Part shown: positions 56,444 through 64,000 of the stretch, in pieces
Layout of the letters: every line of letters begins with the position of its first letter
Numbering within the stretch: the first letter of the stretch is position 1
From: Candidatus Micrarchaeota archaeon
GTDB taxonomy: Archaea > Micrarchaeota > Micrarchaeia > Anstonellales > Bilamarchaeaceae
Direction of reading: 5' to 3'
Length of the DNA: 64,000 bases
NCBI GenBank assembly: GCA_032123335.1
Contig: JAQBFN010000020.1
Coordinates: 7,540-71,539, forward strand
Notes under the pieces: generated by a model
The model's input: the letters and a program-made list of their open reading frames with translations, nothing else
The model's database searches: none
Told to the model about the DNA's origin: nothing
Position numbers and translations under genes: made by a program

Positions 56444-57094
56444 TCAGCCCATTCCCTTCATAATCAGGTACGCGCCGAACACAAAGAATATCGCCATTGC
56501 AAGGTAATTCCCGTACTTCTTCATCAGCACTCCCAGCGGCACAAGCACTTTCTTTGCCTTCTGCGGATACACCAGGTACACTGAAAGCGGCACAAGCACA
56601 GGGAGCAGGAAAAACAAATCACACATCAGCGTAACCGCAATCTCCTGCCCAAATACAATCCCGCTCTGGAACACTTCCTTTACCGCAGTTATGTTCAGCA
56701 GCACCGCATCAAAATTCAATATATTCGTAAGGAATCCAACAATGAACCACTTCACAAGCCCAGGCTTTCCGCCTTCCTTCTCCACTTTCGGACCTTTCTC
56801 CTTTGAAGGAAGCGCACTCATCACCCCAAACACAATAAACAAAACTCCCAGCACCAGGTCCATGGATGCACTTGGATGGATTGCCTTGATTTCCGCATCC
56901 GCTCCCCCTCCCCCCAAGAACGAGCCAATAAGCGCAAGTATAATTACAGTAATTATTGCCCCAAGAAAAAACGCAAGCGTCCTCTTGATTGGATGGTTTT
57001 TCCCAGCAAGCAGCGCAACCGCTATCCCAAACACCACCGGAGACATGGTTGATGCAACCGCAAGCGGAACTACCTTAATCAATAATTCAAACAC
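56444..57094 (-). CDS. GAP-family (LysE superfamily) membrane protein
   Basis: Six TMs; N-terminal PLAVASTMSP; start codon uncertain. Confidence 0.6.
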   Translation of the reverse strand: MFELLIKVVPLAVASTMSPVVFGIAVALLAGKNHPIKRTLAFFLGAIITVIILALIGSFLGGGGADAEIKAIHPSASMDLVLGVLFIVFGVMSALPSKEKGPKVEKEGGKPGLVKWFIVGFLTNILNFDAVLLNITAVKEVFQSGIVFGQEIAVTLMCDLFFLLPVLVPLSVYLVYPQKAKKVLVPLGVLMKKYGNYLAMAIFFVFGAYLIMKGMG

Positions 57095-57129
57095 GCTAAC
57101 TGCTTCAGGAATTAATTATAAAAATAGAA

Positions 57130-57278
57130 TGCAGGTTAAGCGACCTAACCGGTCGCAGCCCAGCATTTTGAAAACAAAATCAGGTTAAGCAGTCTTGCGA
57201 CTGCAGCCCTTCAAATTTTAAAAATAAAAACTTGCAGGTTAAGTGAACTGTGTTCACAGCCCTGCATTTGAAAATAAA
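57130..57278. repeat. Three tandem ~50-bp structured repeats CAGGTTAA-[hairpin]-AGCCC
   Basis: Hairpins GCGACC/GGTCGC, GCAGTC/GACTGC and GTGAAC/GTTCAC between identical flanks. Confidence 0.8.
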
Positions 57279-57364
57279 TGCAGGGGAAGGGATTTGAACC
57301 CTCGTAGGCACTAAGCCACTAGACCCTCAATCTAGCACGTTTGACCAAACTCCGCCACCCCTGC
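57279..57364 (-). tRNA. tRNA-Leu (GAG)
   Basis: Acceptor GCAGGGG/CCCCTGC; CTAGA-TTGAGGG-TCTAG anticodon arm; long variable arm. Confidence 0.95.
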
Positions 57365-57451
57365 GTATTCTAATATCCCATTAACTGTAGGATAAGTGTC
57401 TATCCTTTATCCTGCATATGTTTTTAAAAGATATTCCCGCGAATTCCACTC

Positions 57452-58309
57452 ATGAAAAGAGAGGATGCGGGCCATGCGGGCATTGTCGCATTCCTGGTGA
57501 ATGTATTCCTATTCCTCATTAAGCTTGCAGCAGGATTGATTTCCGGAAGCCTCGCAATCCTTTCCGATGCATTCAATTCCTTTTTGGATATCCTCTCCTA
57601 CCTGCTTGCATTCTTTTCCATAAAGGTTGCGCAGAAAGGCCCGGATGCAGACCACCCCTTTGGCCACCGCAGAGCAGAGCCCCTCTCCGCTCTCATGATT
57701 GCAATATTCGCAGGTGTGCTTGCATTTGAAATCCTCAAATCAGCCGCAGACAACATCATTTTAGGGGAGCCCATCCTTACCCTCACTCCCCTTGTTTTTG
57801 CAATAGTAATAATCTCGATAATTGTAAAGATCGGGGCCTATTTCTACCTCAAGCAAAAAGCAAAAGCTTCACTAAGCTCAACCCTTGAAGCGCTTTCCAT
57901 AGATTCCAGGAACGACATCTTCGCATCTTCAATCGTCCTCATAGGAGTAGTCGGAGCCTACCTAAGCTCTCCAATCCTTGATGATGCTGCAGCCATTTTT
58001 ATCGCCATCTATATCCTCTATTCCGGATACGAAATCGCAAGGAAGAATATAGATTACCTTATGGGCGCCCGGCCCCCAAAAGAAGTGCTTGGAGAGATAC
58101 GGGCTGCCGCAAAATCAGTAAAAGCCGTAAAGAAATTCAAGGATATCCGTGCCCACTATGTAGGTGACCGTGTCCATGTGGAACTCTCAATAGTTCTCCC
58201 CAAGAACCTTAAAACAAAGAAAGCCCATGATATCGGTGAGCAGGTGCAGAAAGCAGTTGAAAAAGTAGCTCTGGTTTCCTATGCGTTCGTGCACATAGAT
58301 TATGAATAA
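57452..58309 (+). CDS. Cation diffusion facilitator (FieF-like)
   Basis: SLAILSDAFNS, PDADHPFGHRRAE, DSRND, AHDI, VHID. Confidence 0.93.
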   Translation: MKREDAGHAGIVAFLVNVFLFLIKLAAGLISGSLAILSDAFNSFLDILSYLLAFFSIKVAQKGPDADHPFGHRRAEPLSALMIAIFAGVLAFEILKSAADNIILGEPILTLTPLVFAIVIISIIVKIGAYFYLKQKAKASLSSTLEALSIDSRNDIFASSIVLIGVVGAYLSSPILDDAAAIFIAIYILYSGYEIARKNIDYLMGARPPKEVLGEIRAAAKSVKAVKKFKDIRAHYVGDRVHVELSIVLPKNLKTKKAHDIGEQVQKAVEKVALVSYAFVHIDYE

Positions 58310-58354
58310 TCCTCTGCCACTTTGGAGCGCTTCCTTGGAGGGCACTCCAAAGCG

Positions 58355-58765
58355 TCATTCTCCAATTACTTTTACTAAAACCCTCTTCCTTCTTCCCCCA
58401 TCAAACTCACAATAGAATACCTGCTCCCAGGGCCCAAAGTCCAGCTTCCCATCCGTAATCGGAAGCACAACCTGGTGCGCCATCAACTGCCTCCAGATAT
58501 GCGCAGCCGCATTGCCCTCGCCCACATTATGCTTGTACTCCGCTTCGTATGGAACAAGCCGCTGCAGCGTCGCAATATAATCCTGGATAAGCCCGCCTTC
58601 ATTATCATTCACAATAACCGCAGCAGTTATGTGCATCGGATTAACAAGGGCAAATCCCTCCGTTACCCCTGATTTCTCAACCACTTTCTCCACTTCATCC
58701 GTGATGCGCACAAACTGGATCTTCTCTTCAGTAGTGAACACCAGGTATTCCGTGTGCGACTTCAT
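58355..58765 (-). CDS. YjbQ/UPF0047 family protein
   Basis: HITAA, NAAAH, GPWEQVFYCEFDG. Confidence 0.92.
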   Translation of the reverse strand: MKSHTEYLVFTTEEKIQFVRITDEVEKVVEKSGVTEGFALVNPMHITAAVIVNDNEGGLIQDYIATLQRLVPYEAEYKHNVGEGNAAAHIWRQLMAHQVVLPITDGKLDFGPWEQVFYCEFDGGRRKRVLVKVIGE

Positions 58766-58774
58766 GGAAATCAA

Positions 58775-59302
58775 CTACTCAGTAAGGAGCAGGTGGTCAG
58801 CTTCAACTTTGATAAGTTCCCTGAAGAAGTACTTCACAGGCTCATCGGTGGATTCCGCAGCGGCCATTTTGTAAGCCTCAATTGTGTTCTCCTCCCTCCT
58901 GCGGGTCTCCGCAAGGTTCTCCTCAATTGTTTCCCTTGCCTTGTCTTCTTCCAGCGCCAGCTCTTCTATATTTGGCATGGCCACCCCGAGTATCTTCACA
59001 ATCGCAGATGCATGCTCCCTCTCAGCTTTCATGATTGCCTTGAACATCTTCTGCACCCACACCTCGTCTGAAGCCTTGGAAACGTTATTATAGAAATTAG
59101 TGGCTCCAACCTCAAGCTGGAGTGCCTCTTCCAGGTGCTTCCTTGAAATATCGCTTATGGGCTTTCCCCAAACCGGCCCCCACTCATCCATTGGGACTAC
59201 GTTTTCCTCATGCGCTCCGCAGAACGGGCACCTGCTTGGTGCTCCAGTGCCCAAATAAGGGTCCCCGCAAACCTTGCAAACAAACAATTGATACTTTCCC
59301 AT
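58775..59302 (-). CDS. Reverse rubrerythrin-like protein (N-terminal rubredoxin plus ferritin-like domain)
   Basis: CKVCG...CPFCG; EREH and EADH diiron motifs. Confidence 0.88.
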   Translation of the reverse strand: MGKYQLFVCKVCGDPYLGTGAPSRCPFCGAHEENVVPMDEWGPVWGKPISDISRKHLEEALQLEVGATNFYNNVSKASDEVWVQKMFKAIMKAEREHASAIVKILGVAMPNIEELALEEDKARETIEENLAETRRREENTIEAYKMAAAESTDEPVKYFFRELIKVEADHLLLTE

Positions 59303-59361
59303 TTAACTCACCTTAACAAGTAGCACTCTCTTATCCAGTAAATTATAAAAACACTATGAAT

Positions 59362-60495
59362 TCATGCACTCTCAGTAAACCTTCTGAGAACCCTAATCAG
59401 GTCCAGGTAGCTCTGCTTGCTCACCCACTCATCCGCAGAATGGTACTTTCCCCCAACCGGCCCGTAATCAATCACCGGAACTCCCGTTGTAGAAAACGCA
59501 TTCTCATCACACACAGTATACCCATAGGTAAACTGGGGCTCCCCAACCTCTTCCCGCACTGCCTGTGCAAGCTTCCTAACGCACTCCGCATCCTCCGGAG
59601 TAACATATGGAGGCATATATGGAGTTTCCCTTCTTTTTATCTCCACAGTAATCCTCCTTCCATCTATTTCCCGGAACTTCCCTTCCGCATAAAGCCCATC
59701 AACAAGTTTCCGTATCCCTGCAAGCACGCTTTCAGTAGTTTCCGGTGTAACCAGATGCCTGTCCAGCTCAATAACCGCATTTTCCGGAAGCGAAAGCGAG
59801 CTTGTTTCCGCATATATTTTTCGTATAAACTGCGAACCCGAAGGTAATTTCTCATGGGAAGGCATCTCCGCACCCTCAAGCTCCATAACCAACCTTGCCG
59901 CTTCACTAATCGCACTGGTTCCCTTTGCTGATTGCGCCCCATGCATTGCCTGCCCCGGCACATTAATCTCATAAACTGCCCTTCCCCTCCTTCCAAGCAC
60001 AATCGCATCCGCACGCCCAGGAGGCTCGGGGGAATCATTGATCTCAGGCACAATTACGCATTGCACATCTTTCAAAATCCCTTCGTGCACAAGCGCCCAT
60101 CCTCCCGCAGAATTGTTTTCCTCATCCACCCCAAAAGCAACCCTTACCCTTCTTTCACCCTGCCCTTCACATGCCTTGAGGATTGCAGCAATCCCTGCCT
60201 TCATATCATAAGCACCAAGCCCATACAGCTTATCCCCTTCCTCCCTAAGCACAAATGGGTCTGAGCTCCACTCCCCATACCTAGGAACAGTATCCATGTG
60301 CCCATACAGCATAATGGGCTTCCCTTCACTCCCCCTGTCCCCAACCAAGCAGAATCTCCCCTCCGCAACCTCCACTCTCCTCGTAGAAAACCCAAGTTCC
60401 TTAAGCTGCCCTTCCAAAAACTCCCCAAGCTCCCGCTCATCCGGGAACACTGAATTAATTGAAACTAATTTCCCAAGCAGCTCAATCTCGTTCAT
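59362..60495 (-). CDS. M20 metallopeptidase/deacylase (ArgE/DapE/LysK family)
   Basis: GHMDTVP, GLGAYDMKAG, DEE, YHSADE. Confidence 0.92.
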   Translation of the reverse strand: MNEIELLGKLVSINSVFPDERELGEFLEGQLKELGFSTRRVEVAEGRFCLVGDRGSEGKPIMLYGHMDTVPRYGEWSSDPFVLREEGDKLYGLGAYDMKAGIAAILKACEGQGERRVRVAFGVDEENNSAGGWALVHEGILKDVQCVIVPEINDSPEPPGRADAIVLGRRGRAVYEINVPGQAMHGAQSAKGTSAISEAARLVMELEGAEMPSHEKLPSGSQFIRKIYAETSSLSLPENAVIELDRHLVTPETTESVLAGIRKLVDGLYAEGKFREIDGRRITVEIKRRETPYMPPYVTPEDAECVRKLAQAVREEVGEPQFTYGYTVCDENAFSTTGVPVIDYGPVGGKYHSADEWVSKQSYLDLIRVLRRFTESA

Positions 60496-61517
60496 GCGTG
60501 TACGGCCCTCCTCATCCTTCTTGGCTCCACCCTCTGCGCAACCACAGGCCTCTGCATCTTTCCGAACGGAGCCCTATATTGGTATGCTCCTGTTCCGAGC
60601 CCATTCTCGCGCCTCCTGCCCCAGTGCGCATCAAACGATTCCCTGTACTTCCCTAGGAGCTCTGTTGCCTTCCGCCTCGCCAACCTCCTAATCTCATTCC
60701 CGGACCCATTCATTTTCCTTGCTTCCCTCCTCAGCCTCAAAAGCTCCCTTGCATCCGGGTCAGAAATGTAATTCTGCACAGCAGCCCAGAAGTTCCTCCC
60801 CTCCCCCTGGTAATTCACCCTCCTCACATCCTCAACGCTCATGCCCGGAGTAATTTGTGTGCATTCCCTCTGCGCAACCACAGGGCCTGTGTCTATTCCC
60901 CTGTCTATGAAGTGCGCGGTAACCCCTGTCCAGGAGTTCTCCCCGCGGTTTGCGCGTGCATGCGCATCCGCAGTAGGCGTATCCCCGGGCAAATCCGGAA
61001 GTATCGCCGGGTGGCTGTTTATAGTCGCCCCAAGGTACTCATTAAGGTAAGTCTTCCCCATAATAACCATCAATCTGTCCAGCATAACCAGGTCCACTCC
61101 CGCGCCCCCAAGAACATCCAGGAATTCCTGTTCATACCTCATTCTCTCAGCCCCATATTCTGCCCTTAGCCTCGCAAACTCAACTTCATTCCCTGCAGCT
61201 GCATTCCTCGAATCCCTCAGCTCCCTGAGCCTCTCGGAGCATACCCCCACAAACTCCACAGGGATATCCGTAAAGTCCCTGAGCGGAGGCTCCCTATCAT
61301 CATATATAATAACTGCAAGCTCCACACGGGGCAAATTCAGTTCCCCTGCTTCCACCTGCTTATTGTGCTTGAGCATAAGGTTGTACACATGGGGAAGGTT
61401 TCCCCTGTGCGATGCATTGAGTGCACTGTCTGTTGCTGAAAGCGGCTCATCATCGAGTTCCCTCGTGGAAACCGCATATGCGATCCTTATCGTTTCCGTA
61501 TCCATTTTGCTCACCAT
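60492..61517 (-). CDS. Formyltransferase (PurN-like) with insertions and basic C-terminal extension
   Basis: INSHPAILP, TGVTAHFIDRGIDTGPVVAQ; start placed at MVSKM, downstream of the operator sites. Confidence 0.8.
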   Translation of the reverse strand: MVSKMDTETIRIAYAVSTRELDDEPLSATDSALNASHRGNLPHVYNLMLKHNKQVEAGELNLPRVELAVIIYDDREPPLRDFTDIPVEFVGVCSERLRELRDSRNAAAGNEVEFARLRAEYGAERMRYEQEFLDVLGGAGVDLVMLDRLMVIMGKTYLNEYLGATINSHPAILPDLPGDTPTADAHARANRGENSWTGVTAHFIDRGIDTGPVVAQRECTQITPGMSVEDVRRVNYQGEGRNFWAAVQNYISDPDARELLRLRREARKMNGSGNEIRRLARRKATELLGKYRESFDAHWGRRRENGLGTGAYQYRAPFGKMQRPVVAQRVEPRRMRRAVHA

Positions 61518-61529
61518 TCTCAAACCTTC

Positions 61530-61666
61530 ACGAATTTCGTATCGTTTCTCACACTTTCTAACGAATTTCGTATAAACCATTATTACTTATCGTAGGTTTT
61601 TTAAACCTATCGCAGTTCCGCTACGGATGCAGCAACCCTTATAAAACTATTCTACGAATTTCGTAG
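61530..61666. promoter_or_regulatory. Three copies of the quasi-palindrome ACGAATTTCGT, probable Lrp operators
   Basis: Exact copies at 61530-61540, 61561-61571 and 61654-61664 in a divergent promoter region. Confidence 0.75.
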
Positions 61667-61667
61667 C

Positions 61668-62078
61668 ATGAAGAAAGATGAAAAAGACTCCAAGATTCTC
61701 TCTTTACTGAAGAAGAACTCCCGTGCAAGCAACACTGAAATCGCCAATGCAGTAGGTTTAAGCGAGGGCGCAGTCCGCCAGCGCATCAAGTCCCTGCTCC
61801 AGAACGGCACAATAAAGCGTTTCACAATAGAAACCAGCTCAGAAGCCGGAAACCAGGCCATCGTAATGGTAAAAGCAAAAGGAAATACGAAGAAAATGAT
61901 GGCGGAAATCTCCAAGCTCCCGGGTGTGCGTGCAGGGTTTGAAATCTCAGGCAGTTACGATGCCTGCCTAATCCTTTCTGCAGAAAACATGGAAGAACTG
62001 GATAAAAGGATAGATGAAATCCGTGCCCTCCCCACTGTAGAAGACACGCGCACCTTCATAGTGCTGAAGGAATGGTAG
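61668..62078 (+). CDS. Lrp/AsnC family regulator (LysM-like)
   Basis: DSKILSLLKKNSRASNTEIANAVGLSEGAVRQRI; EISGSYD. Confidence 0.9.
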   Translation: MKKDEKDSKILSLLKKNSRASNTEIANAVGLSEGAVRQRIKSLLQNGTIKRFTIETSSEAGNQAIVMVKAKGNTKKMMAEISKLPGVRAGFEISGSYDACLILSAENMEELDKRIDEIRALPTVEDTRTFIVLKEW

Positions 62079-62079
62079 T

Positions 62080-62802
62080 CTATCCTTTTCTTGCAAACAG
62101 AATGGCCCCAAGCGCCAGCAGCACAAATGCTGTTCCGCAATCCTCCTGGGGTGCAGGAACGCAAACCCCGTTTTCACAGGTTTCATCCCACCCGCAGTCC
62201 AAGGTGCCACTGCACTTTTTGGTGCCTGCACTAGGCCCACTGGAACCCGCAGCAGAAGCAATCTCCGAGCTCAAATCCTCAGGTGGCTTCCCATCAAATG
62301 TTGGGTCCGCAGGCTCAAGGGGCGCAGAAACAAGCCCATACTCCTCTCCCGCTAGATAATCTATCGCCATCAGGTCCCTGCTCTGCTCACTCATGTTCAC
62401 GTACTCCTCATATGGCATCACAGAGGAAACCTTCCAGCTTCCCCCCACACTATGCAGCAGCATCACATAATCCAGCTCATAATCGAAATTCTCTGCCCCG
62501 GAAACCGTTGCATTCAAGGAATACCCTGCCATTGCATATTCCCCCGAAGGATCCGTTGCATATTCAAGCCCCCTGATATGGTACTCCTCCGTATCGTAAG
62601 CTTCCCATATCCCAAGCACCATCTGCATCTCATATTCTATTTCAGATGCATCCAGGCCACTCGTATCCACATAATTCATGAATTCCTCAATGTTCTCATT
62701 TTTGTTTGCCGCATAATAGCCCGCAATCGTATCCTCAATCCCCGCAGCAAACACAGCCGCAAACAAAATCACTGCAATCATCAGTTTCTTCATAATGTTC
62801 AC
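62080..62802 (-). CDS. Secreted protein (NTF2-like domain, Cys-rich motif) with CG-TM-basic C-terminal anchor
   Basis: Signal peptide; GGSWKV; CSGTLDCGWDETCENGVC; DCGTAFVLLALGAILFARKG. Confidence 0.7.
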   Translation of the reverse strand: MNIMKKLMIAVILFAAVFAAGIEDTIAGYYAANKNENIEEFMNYVDTSGLDASEIEYEMQMVLGIWEAYDTEEYHIRGLEYATDPSGEYAMAGYSLNATVSGAENFDYELDYVMLLHSVGGSWKVSSVMPYEEYVNMSEQSRDLMAIDYLAGEEYGLVSAPLEPADPTFDGKPPEDLSSEIASAAGSSGPSAGTKKCSGTLDCGWDETCENGVCVPAPQEDCGTAFVLLALGAILFARKG

Positions 62803-63998
62803 CCGGATATCTCATCATCTTTCCCATACTGCTTATCTGATTCAAATCCTTCATACTCAAGGTCAAACTGGAACAGGTGCCAATCCACATATCCATCAGA
62901 ATCCTCCACTATTGCTGCACATGAATATGTTGTAATGCGGGTTTCCGCCGCATTTACCCGCGCCTGGTGTGCAAGCCCCTTCAGCTTTGCCTGCATGTGC
63001 CCTATCGCACCATCCACAAGGTCTCCCGCATCATTTGAAATTTTCCCAAGCGCCCCAGGCGCAGCCTTGAAACCCAGGGTATAAACTCCCACAAAAGTCT
63101 TGAATCCCTCAAGCCCCAAATCCAGCGAGCGGTATGCTCCCTCCCTCCAGTCCTCTGATTTTGTGAGTGCGTGGAACCCGGTTGCAAGGTTCTGCGCATT
63201 TCCATTCAGCCCATTTGCAGCCTTGTAAATCCCCCCAACAACTCCAAACCGGTTTGCCCCCAGGTTTTTTGAAAGCCCTTCCAGGTTCGCCAGCTTCTCC
63301 TTGAATTCCACAGGATCCAGTTCATCCACTCCCTGCGCAGGCCCGGTCCACTCAATGCTTTCGCTTGTTTCTCCGGAGTAAAATACACGTGAATACTCAT
63401 CTGAATTTGCTGCTTCTCCTGAGTGCGTTCCAAGCTTTCCCCCAAAGCACCTGATGGTGTATTTCAGGTTCTTGGGCCCCTCATCCGCATCCTCCACTCC
63501 AATGGACAGCATGTGTATGAAGTATGCCTGTGCAGGGTCGGGACTTATGCTCATTTCCGTAATCTCTGGCACAGGGCTCTCCACCAAAACAGTCCCTGTT
63601 TTTGTTGTTGACCAGTCTTCTCCCCCGGAATGCTTCGCAGCAGTTATCTCCACTTCCAGCTCCAGCGGGAACTCTTCATAATGAATCCTGTCAATGGACT
63701 TCATGCTCGGGAGCCCAAGAGTTGCGCTTGCAATCCCCCCTCCATCCGTGTACTTCTTCACATCCATGAATCCCCAGTTTCCCAGGAGCCCGGTAAATTC
63801 AGGGTCAGAAACCCGGATATATACTTCCGCACCTTCAACTGCTTCCCCAGAGCCCCTTACAAGCTGGACCATGATGTCAACTTCTCCATTCCCGCTAATC
63901 ACAACTGAACTGGGGGTAGTTTCCAAAAGTATATTTGGGGGCTCAGTATTCCTCTCACATCTCCCGGTTCCGGGATTGCAAGCAAATTCACACTCTTC
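62799..63998 (-). CDS. Large, probably secreted protein with Ig-like segments (5' truncated by the window)
   Basis: Frame stays open to the window edge (EECEFACNPGTGRCERN...); KYTDGGGIASATL Ig-like strand. Confidence 0.7.
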   Translation of the reverse strand, partial: EECEFACNPGTGRCERNTEPPNILLETTPSSVVISGNGEVDIMVQLVRGSGEAVEGAEVYIRVSDPEFTGLLGNWGFMDVKKYTDGGGIASATLGLPSMKSIDRIHYEEFPLELEVEITAAKHSGGEDWSTTKTGTVLVESPVPEITEMSISPDPAQAYFIHMLSIGVEDADEGPKNLKYTIRCFGGKLGTHSGEAANSDEYSRVFYSGETSESIEWTGPAQGVDELDPVEFKEKLANLEGLSKNLGANRFGVVGGIYKAANGLNGNAQNLATGFHALTKSEDWREGAYRSLDLGLEGFKTFVGVYTLGFKAAPGALGKISNDAGDLVDGAIGHMQAKLKGLAHQARVNAAETRITTYSCAAIVEDSDGYVDWHLFQFDLEYEGFESDKQYGKDDEISG

Positions 63999-64000
63999 AG

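Noticed and set aside
57130-57278. Possible mini CRISPR array
   Set aside because: Constant parts are only 5-8 bp, the variable parts are self-complementary 15-17-bp hairpins rather than spacers, and there are no cas genes in the window.
7251-57364. tRNA introns or split tRNAs
   Set aside because: All five tRNAs fold as contiguous cloverleaves without bulge-helix-bulge inserts.
58316-58354. Isolated GC hairpin CTTTGGAG...CTCCAAAG (also hairpins at ~5785-5815 and ~45568-45595)
   Set aside because: Single hairpins between or just outside genes; most simply terminators or stability elements, with no shared sequence supporting a family.
61518-61580. Upstream ATG (61580) for the formyltransferase
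   Set aside because: The extension runs through two operator palindromes; the downstream MVSKM start is more plausible.

Overview
Gene-dense archaeal chromosome segment. The archaeal EF-2/EF-1a, L30e/L18e, RpoA''/RpoN, Topo VI, NMD3 and Pno1 genes, the many short orphans and the fermentative gene set point to a DPANN lineage, probably Micrarchaeota (inference). It holds housekeeping clusters (rpoA2-rpl30e-nusA-rps12-rps7-fusA; tuf-rps10; rpl18e-rpl13-rps9-rpoN-tRNAPro-rps2; top6B/A), five intron-less tRNAs, serS, tyrS, sufS/sufU and several transporters. No CRISPR array, transposase or integrase was seen. Most notable: (1) a convergent pta-ackA-acpS >< ACP-DUF35-thiolase locus, which places an acyl carrier protein and its synthase, both atypical, next to an archaeal thiolase/DUF35 pair; (2) a 1875-aa membrane protein coupled to a lipoprotein with lytic-transglycosylase motifs; (3) a minimal [FeFe]-hydrogenase; (4) three covarying hairpin repeats downstream of tRNA-Leu that echo its acceptor stem; (5) a duplicated start region plus antisense hairpin in front of rpl30e; (6) CGP-CTERM-like sorting signals and palindromic operators. 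All calls come from reading motifs by eye; no database search was run.
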